Notes under the pieces: model-generated | What the model was told of the DNA's origin: nothing | Databases searched by the model: none | What the model saw: the letters and a program-made list of their open reading frames with translations, nothing else | In this document: positions 39,558 to 52,576 of the stretch, piece after piece | How positions within the stretch are numbered: the stretch's first letter is position 1 | How the letters are laid out: the number at the start of each line of letters is the position of its first letter | DNA from: Schmidtea nova | Taxonomy: Eukaryota | Reading direction: 5' to 3' | DNA: 64,000 nt | NCBI GenBank assembly: GCA_044892505.1 | Contig: CM097883.1 | Coordinates: 347,262,001-347,326,000 of the forward strand | Position numbers and translations under genes: made by a program

Positions 39558-41516
39558 ATGTCATCAAAAGAAATTTATTCGGAATACACAAAGCAATATA
39601 AAAATCAAAATTCTGTTTGGATTCATTTTTTGAGAGGATCAAAAAAACTAACAGCAAAATGTAAAATATGTAATGAAATAGTAAAAACTTCTGGTTCAAT
39701 GACAACACCGCAGCACACGCATTTAAGAACAATACACAATATTAATGTATTAAAACGTGATTTCGTGCAAGATAAAGTTCCAGAAAGCAGCTCATCAAAA
39801 ATGATGATTACAAATTATTTAGTCAACAAAAAAGATGAACAACTTTCTGCAATTGTATCACGAATGTGTGCCTTGGATAATATGCCATTCAAAATTTTTT
39901 GTACGTCTATCGATTTGAGAAATTTATTTTTGGCTAGAGGCGCTCGAGATTATGTACTACCAAAATCACCTAACTCAATTCGCAAAATGGTTTTAGAATA
40001 CGCACAAAAAATGCGTGCTAAAATGATGCAGGATTTAATTAATTTCCAAAGAAGATGGAACACGATTTTGCTTAACTATAGATGAATGGACATCATTAAG
40101 AAACCGATGTTATTTAAATGCGAATGTCCATGGCAAGAAACAAATTTGGAATTTAGGTTTAGTTTAGGACGTTTCCCTGCAGAGAAATGCATTACGGCCC
40201 TGAAAATCACATTGCAAGACAACAATCTAAATATCGATAAAGATATTACGTCCATAACAACTGATGGGGCAGCTGTGATGCAAAAGGTTGGGCGGCTTTT
40301 ACCATGTAATCAGCAGTTGTGCTTTGCACACGCGATACATTTAGCTGTAGTTAATGTTCTGTATAATAATTCGAATACAACTGATGAATTGGTGGCTCAC
40401 ACAGATACAGAAAATGTTAGTATAGAAGAACAAGGAAGTGACTTCGAGAAATCAGAGGATGAGGAATACATTGATGATAAAAGTGTTGGCTTGATTGAAC
40501 AAATTTATATTGAAGCTGAGCATGTTGAGACTGAAGAATTTGGATTTGGTTTTCTCATCAAAAAAGTTCGTTCAATTGTAAAGAAATTTCGTTTTTCGAG
40601 AACATCGAATGATATTCTTCAAGTATACTTGAAACAAGAATTTGGAAAAGAGTTGAAACTTATTATGGACACTAGAACTAGATGGAATAGCTTAGTCGAA
40701 ATGCTTGAAAGATTTAACCAACTAAAAAGTTGTGTTAGAAAGGCATTGATTGACATTGCGTTTGATATCGTTATTCTAGATGCTGAAATTTTCTCGATTA
40801 ACAACATGATCTCTGCACTTCCCCCAGTGAAGCTTACTGTTGACGCCCTTTGTCGAGAAGATGCAAATCTGCTTTCTGCTGATGCGGCATTGTCTTTTAT
40901 GCTTGAGAATTTTGGATCTGATGAACTTTCACTAAAATTGAAGAACGAATTAGAAAACCGAATAACCCAAAGGTGAACAAATGTGTCTGGAACTCTTCAG
41001 TTTTTACACAATGGCGGAAAAAGTGAGATTCACTAATCTTTCACTAGACCATTGAAAAATACAATAGCCAAAGTTATTGAAAGCTTTGCACAAAGATTGA
41101 TATTTAACACTAACATGGAAACTTCCTCATGCGAGCAGTTAGAAGCTGAAGATGTGGAAGAGGTGATGTCGGAAGAACAAACCAATCCCCAGTCGTTATT
41201 GCAAAAGTTGCAGAACAAAATTCAATTGAATTTATCGTCTAACATACCTTCCAGCAAAACTCAACAAATAACAAATCGGAGCTTAATTTTAAAAATTAAA
41301 TCTGAAATGAAATTTTTTGAAGAAAACGGCGTTCGTGGCAAAATATTAGAGTCTGTCTACTCATTTTTGATTTTGATTCCGCCATCGAGCGTGGAGTCCG
41401 AGCGAGCCTTCTCAATTGCAGGTAACTTTTGTACAAAGGTTCGATCGAGACTCGGAGACACATCTTCAAGTGATCTCTGCTTCCTTAAAGCATATTTTAG
41501 GCAAACACAAGAATAA
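39558..41516 (+). pseudogene. hAT transposase with BED zinc finger (frameshifted)
   Basis: VWIHF...AKCKIC...HLRTIH (BED); TIDEWTS, TDGAAVM, CFAHAIHL, TRWNS and IPPSSVESERAFSIAG; frameshifts and an in-frame TGA at 40974. Confidence 0.92.
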
Positions 41517-41813
41517 TTTTATATTTTTTATTATTAAATGATATGCCATATTAGAATGTTTCTGTACTAATTGAATTTTTGTACAATAATTTTATGTTTA
41601 TATAACATTTTAAATAATATATTTTTAACTATTATTATATTATTATGTAATAATTGAATTTGTGTACAATACATTTATGTTTATATTTCATTTTAAATGA
41701 TATAATTTTATGTTCCATTTTTATTTTTAAAAAAGTAATATTATGCAATAAATAACAATAAATTATCTCAAATAAGTTATTTTTATTATTTGTATAAACT
41801 TTAAAAAATTAAC

Positions 41814-41903
41814 AATATTTCGGAATTCGATCGAATTCCGAAATATTTAACTTGCGAATTTCGAATTCAGATTTTTTATTTTCCTCGACATTTGCAATCC
41901 CTA
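41814..41903. mobile_element. Putative right end of the hAT element with subterminal palindrome
   Basis: Perfect 34-bp palindrome at 41814-41847; terminus ctcgacatttgcaatcccta (reverse complement TAGGGATTGCAAATGTCGAG, hAT-like TAGGG start). A matching left TIR was not found. Confidence 0.5.
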
Positions 41904-43038
41904 AGCTGCATAGATGCAAATTTACTAATAATTAATTATCAACGAATTTATTTTTTTTATTTGAGTGGTGTACAGTTTTATTAAAGAATTACATGTATGA
42001 ATAATGTGTTTGCATTGTCTGATGCAGTATGCCGAGTGTTGAAGTCGTGCGAATGTTGGATGAGTGTGTGATTAAAATAGGAGAATTAATGATCTTTGTT
42101 TAACCTAGATGGAAGCAAACATTGACGAGATATTGAAGAGAACAATGGAAACTGTGCGAATAAACCTGCTTATCGACGTCATACTTGCTGATAAGGAAGA
42201 AGAAAGAAAGCTCAATGGATAACCCTACACGACATGACGATTCGGATAGAGAAGTTCCGGTCCCGGTGTCGTTCAATAGAAGCGACCTGGACCAAAAGAA
42301 GATGTGGACTAGTTGAAAAAGCAGATACAAGTCCTCTAACAACAGGCTGTGGAAGACGCCATGCAACTACGTGCTCTCAAAATGCTGACGAGGTAAAAAG
42401 ACAATAATATCGAAATTGCAGGTAGAAAGTGGCATCATCTCAGTCGTACTACTTAAGGTAAATTTGTCAGCACTAGAACTATTTCCGGTTCGAGCTAAAG
42501 ATGAGACATCGGTCACTCAACATCCCGAAGGGTTAAAACGATGGAAGCCTATTAAAGGCGCTCGCGCACGCTTAAAACGAAGAAAAGAAGCCCACGTGCT
42601 GGGGGAGATCCGAAAAACGAGTTTCAAATCGATCGATCTCACGATACTTGAAAAAAATTTGTGATAAAATTTGACAATATTTTTCTTTTTGTGTGTTTCT
42701 GTGCATTTTTCATTGTGTACTTCGGTTTATGTCAAGTGTATTGAAAAGTATAATTTCTTTGTGTATAAATTAATTTTCCTTATTATCCGTTATTATATTA
42801 AAAGTAATTAACAATAAATATATGGATCTAACTAAAATCGACCACGAAACTCCGATAACGACTTTCACTAAAGAATGATCAAAGTAAATAGTATAATAAA
42901 TCATGTTAAGTGACTCCGATGGGCGTTAAGCCTTCTATAGATAGCACTTGGACCTATTACGATGTTCGGTTAATCATAGTTTCGTTTGTTCGACGCTAAC
43001 TGTTTGCGGACATCCGCCCATTTGTTGCATTACCAACG

Positions 43039-43500
43039 TTACATTGTGACGAACAATGTGGTATTTGCGTAGTTCGCCTCCTCCATTGCTAATTGGATGA
43101 CATTTGTTTTTGATATACGTAAATGCATTTGTTTACCCCGCAAGAAACAGGCATCAAGATTTCGAATTGCCGTCATAGCTTGTGGGTGAATTGCAAACAA
43201 CACCAAAGCCGTATTTTTTTTGTTAAAGGTAATTGTAACATTTGCATTGGCCATCATGATATTGTTTGCTTTGATCATTTCTTTGTTATTTCGACCGTAC
43301 ATTATTAGAGAGCATATTAATCGCCCAACAGTTGGACATTGTGCTTTGCTAAATCGTTTTGTTTGATAACGGCCAGCAGACTGGGGAATTATTTTTGCAT
43401 ATTTTCCACTATAATTAATGCAATCTGCCAATGACAGATCGACAGCGCGAACATCATCAGTGCTCCATTTAATGAAAAGTTTAAAGTCAGACATATTCAC
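43039..43500 (-). pseudogene. PTB/hnRNP-L-like RRM fragment
   Basis: [50 protein letters not shown] resembles PTB RRM3 ([50 protein letters not shown]); the rest is not PTB-like. Confidence 0.6.
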
Positions 43501-43724
43501 AGTTTAACACAGAACACAAAATTATTTATATAAATAAATTCGACAATGCAAAACGTATATTTAAAAATACAAAAAAAATTAAAACAAGCGTTTTTTTATC
43601 TTTTCATTTTTTTAATACAATTTCTTTTTTTATATAATTAATTATATATTCAATATACTCTTAATATATATTTAATTTATATTTAATATAAATATTAAAT
43701 ATAAATTTCTGGAGGTAAGCGTCT

Positions 43725-44561
43725 GTGTTAGCTCAGGAAAAAGTTCTTAGTGAAAATCAAACTGGTGATTGCGATTTGAACTCAAATCAAAATGAAGTTA
43801 ACACGAAAAAGGATAATATTGCTGGTGAAATGGTTGACAACTCTAAGTCTGTCGGTATTGCAAGCGAGGATAAAATAAATACTACTTCAAACGAATTAGT
43901 GCAAGAAGTGAGGACGGAAATTGAATCTACAATGGTTGTGGAAGATGAGCAGGCAATGAATAAAGAAGATACTGAAGAAAATTGCATTGTCGATGAGAAA
44001 ATTGTGGAAAATATTAACGATATCGAAGAAAATTGTAAAATTGAGGAAAATAGCGGAGAGAATTCCATTGTTGATGAAAAGATGGAGCAAGAAATATTTG
44101 AAAGTTTGAATATTAATAAAAATGACAAAATAGATGAAATGTCTTTGGGAATTGAAACTATTTCTCAGCAAGTGCAACAATCTGTTGAGTTTCAGTAGTC
44201 ACTCCAAAATTCATTTGAAACAAGTAAAGACAAAGGTGAATTTGTAAAAGAAAATCTTGAAAATAAAATAAAAACGACTGAATTAGAATATAAAAGTGAA
44301 ATTAAAGAGCTAGAAGTAAAGTTAAAGAATTTGGCTGAAACTATAGAAACGTTATCAGTGGATATGGGAAATGTAAATGACATTAACGATAAATTGGCAA
44401 AGATAAATTTGGAAATAAAAATGTCCATATGTGTGAGGGTGAGTTTCCAGGATAGTACAAGAGGATTAATGGTCGAAGAAAAATTCAAGGACAAAAATAA
44501 GTATTGGCCGAAATGGAAAATAAAGTTAAGAATCAGAAGGTTTGCCCCCCCCCAGAGATGA
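43725..44561 (+). other. Acidic, repetitive coiled-coil ORF with one in-frame stop (TE ORF1/gag-like N-terminus?)
   Basis: EENCIVDEK/EENCKIEEN/ENSIVDEK repeats followed by ELEYKSEIKELEVKLKNLAETIETL; TAG at 44196-44198. Confidence 0.35.
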
Positions 44562-45109
44562 ATGGGTCAGTTGATCCGCTAGAAGCGACCAAAGCTTGCT
44601 TCTATCTGAGCCTATGTGTGCGTAGCAGGAGTGAAGTCGCGTCCGTGTGTGCTTTTATAGATTAATTTAGTTTTATTCTTGTAGTGAATGTGAAAGGTGA
44701 AAAGGCTTAATGCTAAAAAGGAAAAGGAATAAGAATAATAAACACGGGGTTGACACAAGGGTGTCAAGAAGGGGGGGAATGGTGATTTCTGGAGGTACGC
44801 GTCTGTGTGCGCATTGTCTTTTTATTTTGTTATCGCGTCTGTGTGCGCAGCACTTATTAATTTTTGGCCTTTTTGCGTATGTGTGCGCACGATTACTTTT
44901 TAGAGTGGAAATGGTTTTTTTATTGGATTAATGGATTTTGGAATTTATGATTTATTAATGGTAGTTGTTGTTTTAACGGTTTAATGATTATGGAGGTTTT
45001 TGGGGCGGAATTTGAATGTTGAAATTTGCTTAGTAGGATTATTGGTCTGGATATTTGTTCACAAATTTTGTTGATTAATTTGAAATATCGAAATTTGTTG
45101 TACGTATAA

Positions 45110-45610
45110 ATGGATGCGAGTGATTATAAACATTTAACTGAACCTATTAAAGTTGTTATTAAAGAATTTGCACACGCTATCAAAGAGCAAAGTAATTCCG
45201 TAATTCCAGTTTCAACAATTGCAACGATTGTAAATGAAGATCAAACATTTCTGATTCTTTATTACCGACATTTGTATGCTTATCTTTCCAATTCAATTTC
45301 ATTAAAGGATGGACTTGCTTCTTATTATAATTATTGTGATTTGTTCAATTTTATTTTAAATGCAGAAAGACCAATTAATCTAGTTCTACCTGAACAATGG
45401 CTGTGGGATATTATCGATGAATTCATTTACCAGAATCAATCATTTTGCCATCACCGTAACGAATTGGCATTCCGGCAAGATCTAAATGAGGAATTAGAGA
45501 AATTTGAGAAATCTGCTTGGACTATTCGCGCAGTTTTGAATATTCTTTATTCTTTTGGTGGCAAATCCAATATAAATTAGCAGCTGCAGGCTTATGCAAG
45601 CAGCGGAGTC
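45110..45610 (+). pseudogene. EIF3L: eIF3 subunit L N-terminal processed pseudogene fragment
   Basis: FLILY-YRHLYA, SYYNYCDLFNFILNA, LPEQWLWDIIDEFIYQ and KSNIN*QL match eIF3L; internal deletions, a stop and 3' truncation; no introns. Confidence 0.88.
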
Positions 45611-45719
45611 AGCCACAACGAACGCTATCCTGATAAAATCCAAGCATTTTCTGGAGGTAACGATGCCATAGTTCGATTTGACGATTGTCCCGAAATCCTC
45701 TCGAAAGTCCATTTGAATG

Positions 45720-48700
45720 TTATTTATTTAGTTACGGAAACGAATAAAAATTATTATTTGGCCTTTCATTTGCTGATTATCCAATACTCTTAATATATAT
45801 TTAATTTATATTTAATATAAATATTATTTTTATTTATATATTAATTATATCACCACACGCCCCTAACGAACGGTGCGGAGCAGTAACATGTGGTGAAGAA
45901 AACGCGAGTGCGGCAACAAGAGAAACAAAAGGGAAAGAAGGAAAGAAAAAAGAAAAGAAAAGAGATGGATCGAAAAGAAAGAGAATTATATTCACAGTAT
46001 TCGATGCAGTCTAGTTGAAGCGTTAGGATTATCTCCTATACGGCGTTCGCGAACCCATGGGTTGATTTGGGTTGCATTTGTAGTAGAAGCAGTCTTAAAA
46101 TGAGCCATGGGAGATTCTTTAAAAATTGAAAGTGGTCTAGAAGTTTCGTTGCTAGCCGGTGAACCGATTGTTTCCGGGCTACCGGTGGTGTTCTTGCCAT
46201 CAGAGCTAGAAGTCCAATTGGTTATATCCGTAGAAGGTATATCTGTATCGTGCGAACAAGTATTTTTGGTAAGCACGACCGGTGAAGGGAGAGTTGAATC
46301 CACGTCTGAAAGAATGGGTGGTGATCTCAAATTGACAGATGTTTTATTGGTCTGTGCTGAACTGTTTATAAAAGTAGGGACAAACTTTCTAGCGTTGGGC
46401 TCGAGAAATTCCGAAAGTCCGAATGCCGGTTTAATACGTGTGAGAGAGATTGTTTCGGATGAACCGTTAATGTTGACTGTTGCATAGTTCCCAACTATAC
46501 CTAGTAGCCGAAATGGTCCAGTATATCTAGGCTTTAGTGCAGAATCAGCGATAGCACGAATCCATACGTGTTTAGCAGAAGATAGAGATTTCGGTATAAA
46601 AGGTTTTTCGGCGTTTGATGACGAAAAAATTGGATTGCTATCAATTTCAAGGAAATGAAGTTTGGCGGTATTGAGTTCTTCGATCGTTCGTTGTTACCCG
46701 AGGTCGATGAACTCGTTTGGAACTGTAGTGTTCGTATCGAATAGTAATTGAGCTGGGGACGATTCGGTTGTCTTGTATGGTGTGTTTCTCCAACCCAATA
46801 ACACAAAAGGCAAAGCTTTTGTCCAGCGATAGTTTAGAGAAAGTATACGTAGTGACTGCTTGAGTGTCCGGTGAAATCTCTTGATGAGGCCGTTCGTCTG
46901 TGGATGATATGCAGTCTAACGCAGTCGTTTGATGCCAAGTTGTTCCGATAAAGAGGTAAAGAGCTGTGATTCGAATTGCGCTCATCTGTCTTGAAACCCA
47001 TTCTGAAATGAAAGATTCAGCGACTATATTTGCTGAGACAGAACGTAGAGGAACATCTTCACACCATCTTGTCTCCCTGTCTATCATTGTTTAAAGTAAC
47101 GAAAAACCACTGTCTATTGGCAAAGGGCCGACAAGATCAATGTGAACGACATCAAATCGATTGCCTGTTGGAAAGTGTATGTGTGGTGGTTTAACATGTC
47201 GAGTAATTTTGTTTTATTGGCATTTCAAACACTGACTAACCCATGTTTTAGTATCTTGTCTCATAGAGGGCCAAACGACTTGATTTCTTAGCAGCTGATA
47301 AGTGGCGGTCGAGCCAGGGTGATGTAAGTCGTGAACTGCACGGAATGCCTGTTTTCGAAGCTCGAATCCAAGAATAGGTCTAAGAGTTACCGAAAGTGAG
47401 GAGTCAAAATCAATGCCGTCCACGTTTGATTTATGGTGCTGAAAATATTGTAGATCAGCTTTGGTTGGCTTATTCTCTTGCAGAGTGGAAATAGTAAACA
47501 GGGGTTCCAAGGAGATAACGTTGGCACTACGTGAGAGAAAATCAGCTAATTCTCTTTGCCCGCTATGCATCTGATATCGCTGATGAACTCGGTGATGAAA
47601 GAAATTTGACGTAACTGCCTGGGAGAGGGATCCTTTATAGTGGTTAAATGAACCAACGGCTTGTGATTAGTTTAAACTGTAGTGGATCTACCTTCCAGCA
47701 AATGTTTGAAATGTTTAATTGACAGAAATATGGCTAAAAGTTCCCGATTGAACGTGGAATATTTGTTTTGAGTTTCGGTTAACTTCTTAGAAAAAATTCA
47801 AGAAGTCAAACTATACCATCTTGTACCTGTGTTAACACAGCGTCAAATGCGATGTCGGACGCATCTGTGGTTAGACTGAAAGGCAGAGAATACTTTGGAT
47901 AAGCCAAAGTCTGAATTTATTCAAGTGACTTTTTAGCTTCGATAAACGAAGCGTCAGATTTCTCTGTCCATTTTATAATAGATCGTTTTGATCCCGGACT
48001 GAGCAAAGTCAAAGGAGCAAGAATATCAGATATCCTAGGTATGAACCTGTGGCAATAATTGACTACGCCTAAAAAGCTGCGAATCTGCGGGACAGTTTCC
48101 TATTTAGAAAAATGTCTGATGGAATTTAAACGTTAAGTTTGTGGAGCTATTCCATAAGGTGTGCAGATAAGGTGTGTCCCAGAAATTGTACACTTCATTG
48201 AAAGAATTGACATTTGGAACGATTTATCTTGAGTTGATGTTGCTCTAAGATTTTAACGAGTTTAAATAGATGCTGTTTATATGTTTCGGCATCAGGCGAT
48301 GTGACTAAGATGTCGTCAACGTAACCTACTACATAATTTAGTCCGGATAATATGTGATCGATGTGTCGCTGGAATGTTTGTGCAGCGTTCCGTAAACCAA
48401 AAGGCATTCCCAAGAATTCGAAGAGACCTATAGGAGTGGTGACAGCTGTTTTTTTCACATCGGATGGAGCGACAGGAATTTGGAGGTATGCCTTCGCCAG
48501 ATCGATCGGAGAGAATATTTTGTTCCTTGTGAATCTGGCTAAGGAATCCTTTATAAGAAGCATTGGATATGAATCGTGCTGTGTGACGTTATTCAAACGA
48601 CGTTAGTCGCCACATATCTTGAAAGAACCGTCTTTCTTAGGAACGAAATGGATCGGAGAGCCCCAAGGTGAAAAATATCTTTGGATCACTCCTGCTTGTA

Positions 48701-49670
48701 ACAAATTATCATATTCTGTCTTCAAAAATGTCAATTTTCTCCGGAGATCAGGCGCACTCTCTCTCTCTCTCTCTCTGAGAGGCGGTGAATTCACATTAAG
48801 GATTTGATGATAGAACCTTTGGTCTAAAGATCCTGTTGTAGGAGTGAAGTTATCATCGAAAAATCTATTAGTGCGGAGTTTGTCAACAAAGTTCGTGAAT
48901 AGATCGATAGAGAATGTATTGCATTCAGGAGTTTGACTAGAAGCGTCATTTAAAGACGTGGAATTAATATTGGGAGCGATGATGGACAGAGAGCGCTTGT
49001 TGCAATCGATGAGGATATTATTATTTTCAAAATAATCGATGCCCAGAATTGGATATGGTACATCAGCGATGCTGAAAATCCAAACGAAGGTTTTGTTGAT
49101 GTCGCTCAGAGTGAATTGTACTTCGGTGGTTCCACGCGTGCTCATAAAAGCTCAATTAGCTGCTTTTAAACGGAATCGTGTGTTGCTTTGTGTCGCTGTG
49201 CATTTGAGAGGTAAGAAAGAAATGCTCGAACCTGTATCCACCAGACAGGTCATCGTATTCTGTGAATAGTTAAGTAATGAAGGTGATAGAAGAAAAAAGA
49301 AATAAAAACGAAGAGGAAAAGGATGAATTGAGATGACCATCGACTTCAGTCGCATGAAACGATGGCAGTACTAGTTTTCGATTGCTTGTTGTCATTGGGT
49401 TCTTGTAAAGTTTGGAAGAACCTGCAACCTTCGAGACAGCATCTGGCCATTTTATTGAACTTGCCGTGGTATATGCAGAGGTCTATATGTTTGCAATCCG
49501 CCTTCTCATTTCTGTAATTACACTCGATCTGGCAACTGTGTGCGGAAACTCCAAACCTCTGATGATAATAGCATATCCATGGACTTTTATTATGTGTGTG
49601 GTCACGTGACTGTGATCTTGGTCGCTTTCGGTCCGTTGATTTATATCTTGCCTCAAGCTTCTGAACATTT
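45720..49670 (-). mobile_element. Decayed Ty3/Gypsy element, CsRn1-like (gag tail, PR, RT, RH, IN, PPT, 3' LTR start)
   Basis: CHCC motifs (~49430-49580); LVDTGSS; SPWGSPIHFVPKKDGS; IDLAKAYLQI; MPFGLRNAAQTFQR; YVDDIL; TTDAS; HHPG...CLKC; HIDLVGPLP; YTGPF; TTAGGGGCG PPT at 45858-45866 followed by TGTGGTG. Many frameshifts; no 5' LTR seen. Confidence 0.92.
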
Positions 49671-50443
49671 CTAGTGAGATTTATTTTATTTTACTAGAGA
49701 AAATGCATGAAAAACTCATCATAAATCACCCTGTAATTTTTAAAAATGCCAGGCCTCACGAATCGAAAGTCACTGTAAATTAATTACATGACAATTTGAA
49801 ATTTTGCCGCATCCAACTTACTCGCACGATCTATCACCAACTGATTTCCACTTATTTAGAAATTTAAGTCTTTATATCAATGGAAGGAAGTTCAAAAATT
49901 TGGAACACATGAAATCGACAGTTATCACTTTCTTTGACTTGAGACATGAGACTATTTAAAGAAGGTATAGAAAAGCTCCCAAGACGATGGCAAGACTGTG
50001 TTTAAATCAATGGCTCATATTTTGATTAAATAATAAATGTTTAAATATATTTGTAGCTCTTTTAAATTATAATCCATTTATCGGACATTTCATTCCGAAC
50101 AACCTAATATATACAAATTATTTTTATTTATTTTTTAAAGTGACTAAAAAACTAAAAATATAATAACAACCCTAATTGCACCAAAATGAGTTAATTATTG
50201 TCAAGATTATTTTGTCTAGTAATATTTTGTAGGGGTGACATGATAACTATTTGATAATAAATTAATTAATGTTTTTTTTAATTTAAAAAATTAATTGTTG
50301 GAAAATTTTGTAAACGTTCTCTTAACCTTAAGACTGTATAAATTATCTTCCCAAACATATTTGATTACTAAAAACATTTTAATTAAAAGAGTATTGGAAT
50401 AATAGACAGATAATTATATTTCTTATAAAAAGTAATCTGGAAA

Positions 50444-52576
50444 TTAGAAGATAATTTTATAACCATAAAATCCTTGAGGAGGAATGAAAATTTTCCGGAA
50501 ATCTTCTAAAGTCCGATACTCTTTGAGTTTCTCTTCAATTTCTGGAAAAGCCTCTAAAGTCAGATTCCCATATTGTCTCAAGGCCCAGAACTTTTCTAAT
50601 CCATACAAACTGTTCATTTCCAAATCTTTCAGCACATTATTCTGAAAATCTCTATACTCATTCAAAATAAATTTATCTCTATTTTCTAATTTATAAGTAA
50701 ACATGCGAAAAACGCATTCAACCCCATATCGATAGCCGTGTTCAGCATCCTGCCACGCTAATTCCTGGAATTCTTCATACATTTTCTTTTGACTGTTTTC
50801 TCGCAAGAAAAATGACCAAAATCGAAACAAAGCATTCATTTCAGCTGAACGACCAAATCCGGTTTCCTGTCGATCCCGCAAAGCATTTTCTTTAAATTCC
50901 AAATAAAGATTCAACTTAAAGTCGTCGTTCAACAATATTTCACCAATGTGATTTTTATGGGGATTTTCCAAGCCCTTGGCAACGGTTTTACCAGAATCGG
51001 GATATTGGCTATAACTATTAGATGATGATACCCGTTTCCTTCTACTTCTATTGAAAATATATCCAATCATCGGATCTTTTGTTGTTCGAACTTCCTCATT
51101 GTCAGACTCATAGAACAACAAATGATTTATACCTTTCTTTACTTTCTTATGAACTCCTTTACCCTCCTTCCCTCGGTTAGACTGTGGTAATATTGTCAAT
51201 GGTGTAGCTTCAACGTAGGTTTTCTTGTATTCAAAAATGACATTATCTAGTAAGTTATCTAACTGGTCTACTTTATTGTTGTAAATATTTGAGTAACTAG
51301 TTTGGAATGCATTTACAGGGTTGTTGCAAGAACTAATGGAGGCTTCGTTCAAAAAGTCATAATTTATTTCTTCTTGGTTTAAAGGTCTTAATTTATGTAT
51401 TAACACAGAAGGATTATTGTTAATATTAATCCAAGACATTTTTTCTTCAATACTCATTTTCGAATCTGGCAAGCAGTAACCAGATTCATCTTGACTCTCA
51501 TAGCTCGAAACACTGGAAAAAGAGTGGTATCGGTTTCTTGTACTGAAGGTTTCTTGTAAACCTTTCTTTAATATACTTCTTTCCTCACTATCGGGATAAA
51601 CATTTTCGATGACTGAATCGGTATCACTAATTTCATGCCATTCCGGTGTCGCACCTTTCAGGGTGATCAAGTACACATTATTCTCGTCCAAATCACTGCA
51701 CGATTCCATTGTAGTTCGTCTTTTTCGATAAATTCTTTTCGACTGAACTGCTACGTTTTCGTCATTTCCAAATTCGAATGTGAGATTATCATCAATGACC
51801 TTTTCTTGATTCAACATGATTTCTGATCTCGGTTGAGGTATATATGTCTCCAAAAATGGTTCCAATTCGGTTTCAAAATAGGAGAAAATATAATTTGGAA
51901 AGGGCATTTCTAATTTCAAATGGATATATTTTGTTACATGAAAGGCTTGTAATATCATATGTAAGTTGTTCATGTCTTGTCTACGAATCATGTTGTTCGT
52001 GCTGTCAAATTGCAAAAATGAAGGTTCACTGCCATTGACCGTGAATGGCGGCAGCACAAATTTCCTACAAATATTCCTAATATCAATAACTGTTGTTCGC
52101 GTTCTTTTCATTCTTGGGAAATCTAATAATACTTGTATAGGCATCCATCCGTTAGGGTCCATGTTATTTATCATAAAATTATCTTTTCGTAAATTCGCTT
52201 CACTGAAATAAAAGTATAACAAGTTCATTCGGACATACATGATACTTTCATGATACTGTATCGTCCTGAATGATTCTTCTACGTTTGTACTTATAGCGGT
52301 GCATTCTTTTGCCATCGAGCAATAGGTTCTTACTTTACCGTTTTCGTAAGTGTCAAAATTGAATTCATAAGCAAAATTTTCATTGAATTCTTCAATTGCC
52401 ATTTCCATATTTACAGACTTGGTCTGAGATAATTTTTTTCTCTTTTCATTATAATTTTTTGAACTTTTTGAATTTTTTACTTCCGATTCAAATGCTTTTT
52501 TAGAAGCTTTTTTAGAAGCTTTTTTAGTAAGTTTCAATTGACGAGACTCGTTTAAATCTGGCCATTCGGTATCCAT
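50444..52576 (-). CDS. LARP1: La-related protein 1 (La motif plus DM15 repeats), intronless, ~710 aa
   Basis: La motif YFYFSEANLRKDNFMINNMDPNGWMPIQVLLDFPRM; DM15 EMNALFRFWSFFLRE, GYRYGVECVFRMF, YGLEKFWA; uninterrupted ORF. The likely start is MDTEW at 52576 (the ORF track starts at 52612). Confidence 0.93.
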   Translation of the reverse strand: MDTEWPDLNESRQLKLTKKASKKASKKAFESEVKNSKSSKNYNEKRKKLSQTKSVNMEMAIEEFNENFAYEFNFDTYENGKVRTYCSMAKECTAISTNVEESFRTIQYHESIMYVRMNLLYFYFSEANLRKDNFMINNMDPNGWMPIQVLLDFPRMKRTRTTVIDIRNICRKFVLPPFTVNGSEPSFLQFDSTNNMIRRQDMNNLHMILQAFHVTKYIHLKLEMPFPNYIFSYFETELEPFLETYIPQPRSEIMLNQEKVIDDNLTFEFGNDENVAVQSKRIYRKRRTTMESCSDLDENNVYLITLKGATPEWHEISDTDSVIENVYPDSEERSILKKGLQETFSTRNRYHSFSSVSSYESQDESGYCLPDSKMSIEEKMSWININNNPSVLIHKLRPLNQEEINYDFLNEASISSCNNPVNAFQTSYSNIYNNKVDQLDNLLDNVIFEYKKTYVEATPLTILPQSNRGKEGKGVHKKVKKGINHLLFYESDNEEVRTTKDPMIGYIFNRSRRKRVSSSNSYSQYPDSGKTVAKGLENPHKNHIGEILLNDDFKLNLYLEFKENALRDRQETGFGRSAEMNALFRFWSFFLRENSQKKMYEEFQELAWQDAEHGYRYGVECVFRMFTYKLENRDKFILNEYRDFQNNVLKDLEMNSLYGLEKFWALRQYGNLTLEAFPEIEEKLKEYRTLEDFRKIFIPPQGFYGYKIIF

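Noticed and set aside
40974-40976. Non-standard genetic code (TGA as a sense codon)
   Set aside because: In-frame TGAs in TEs are consistent with CGA>TGA decay, and the 710-codon LARP1 ORF contains no internal TGA
46107-46487. Antisense ORFs over TE or host genes (also 28296-28856, 9045-9293, 43787-44494, 51635-52211)
   Set aside because: Shadow frames of recognised opposite-strand coding sequence
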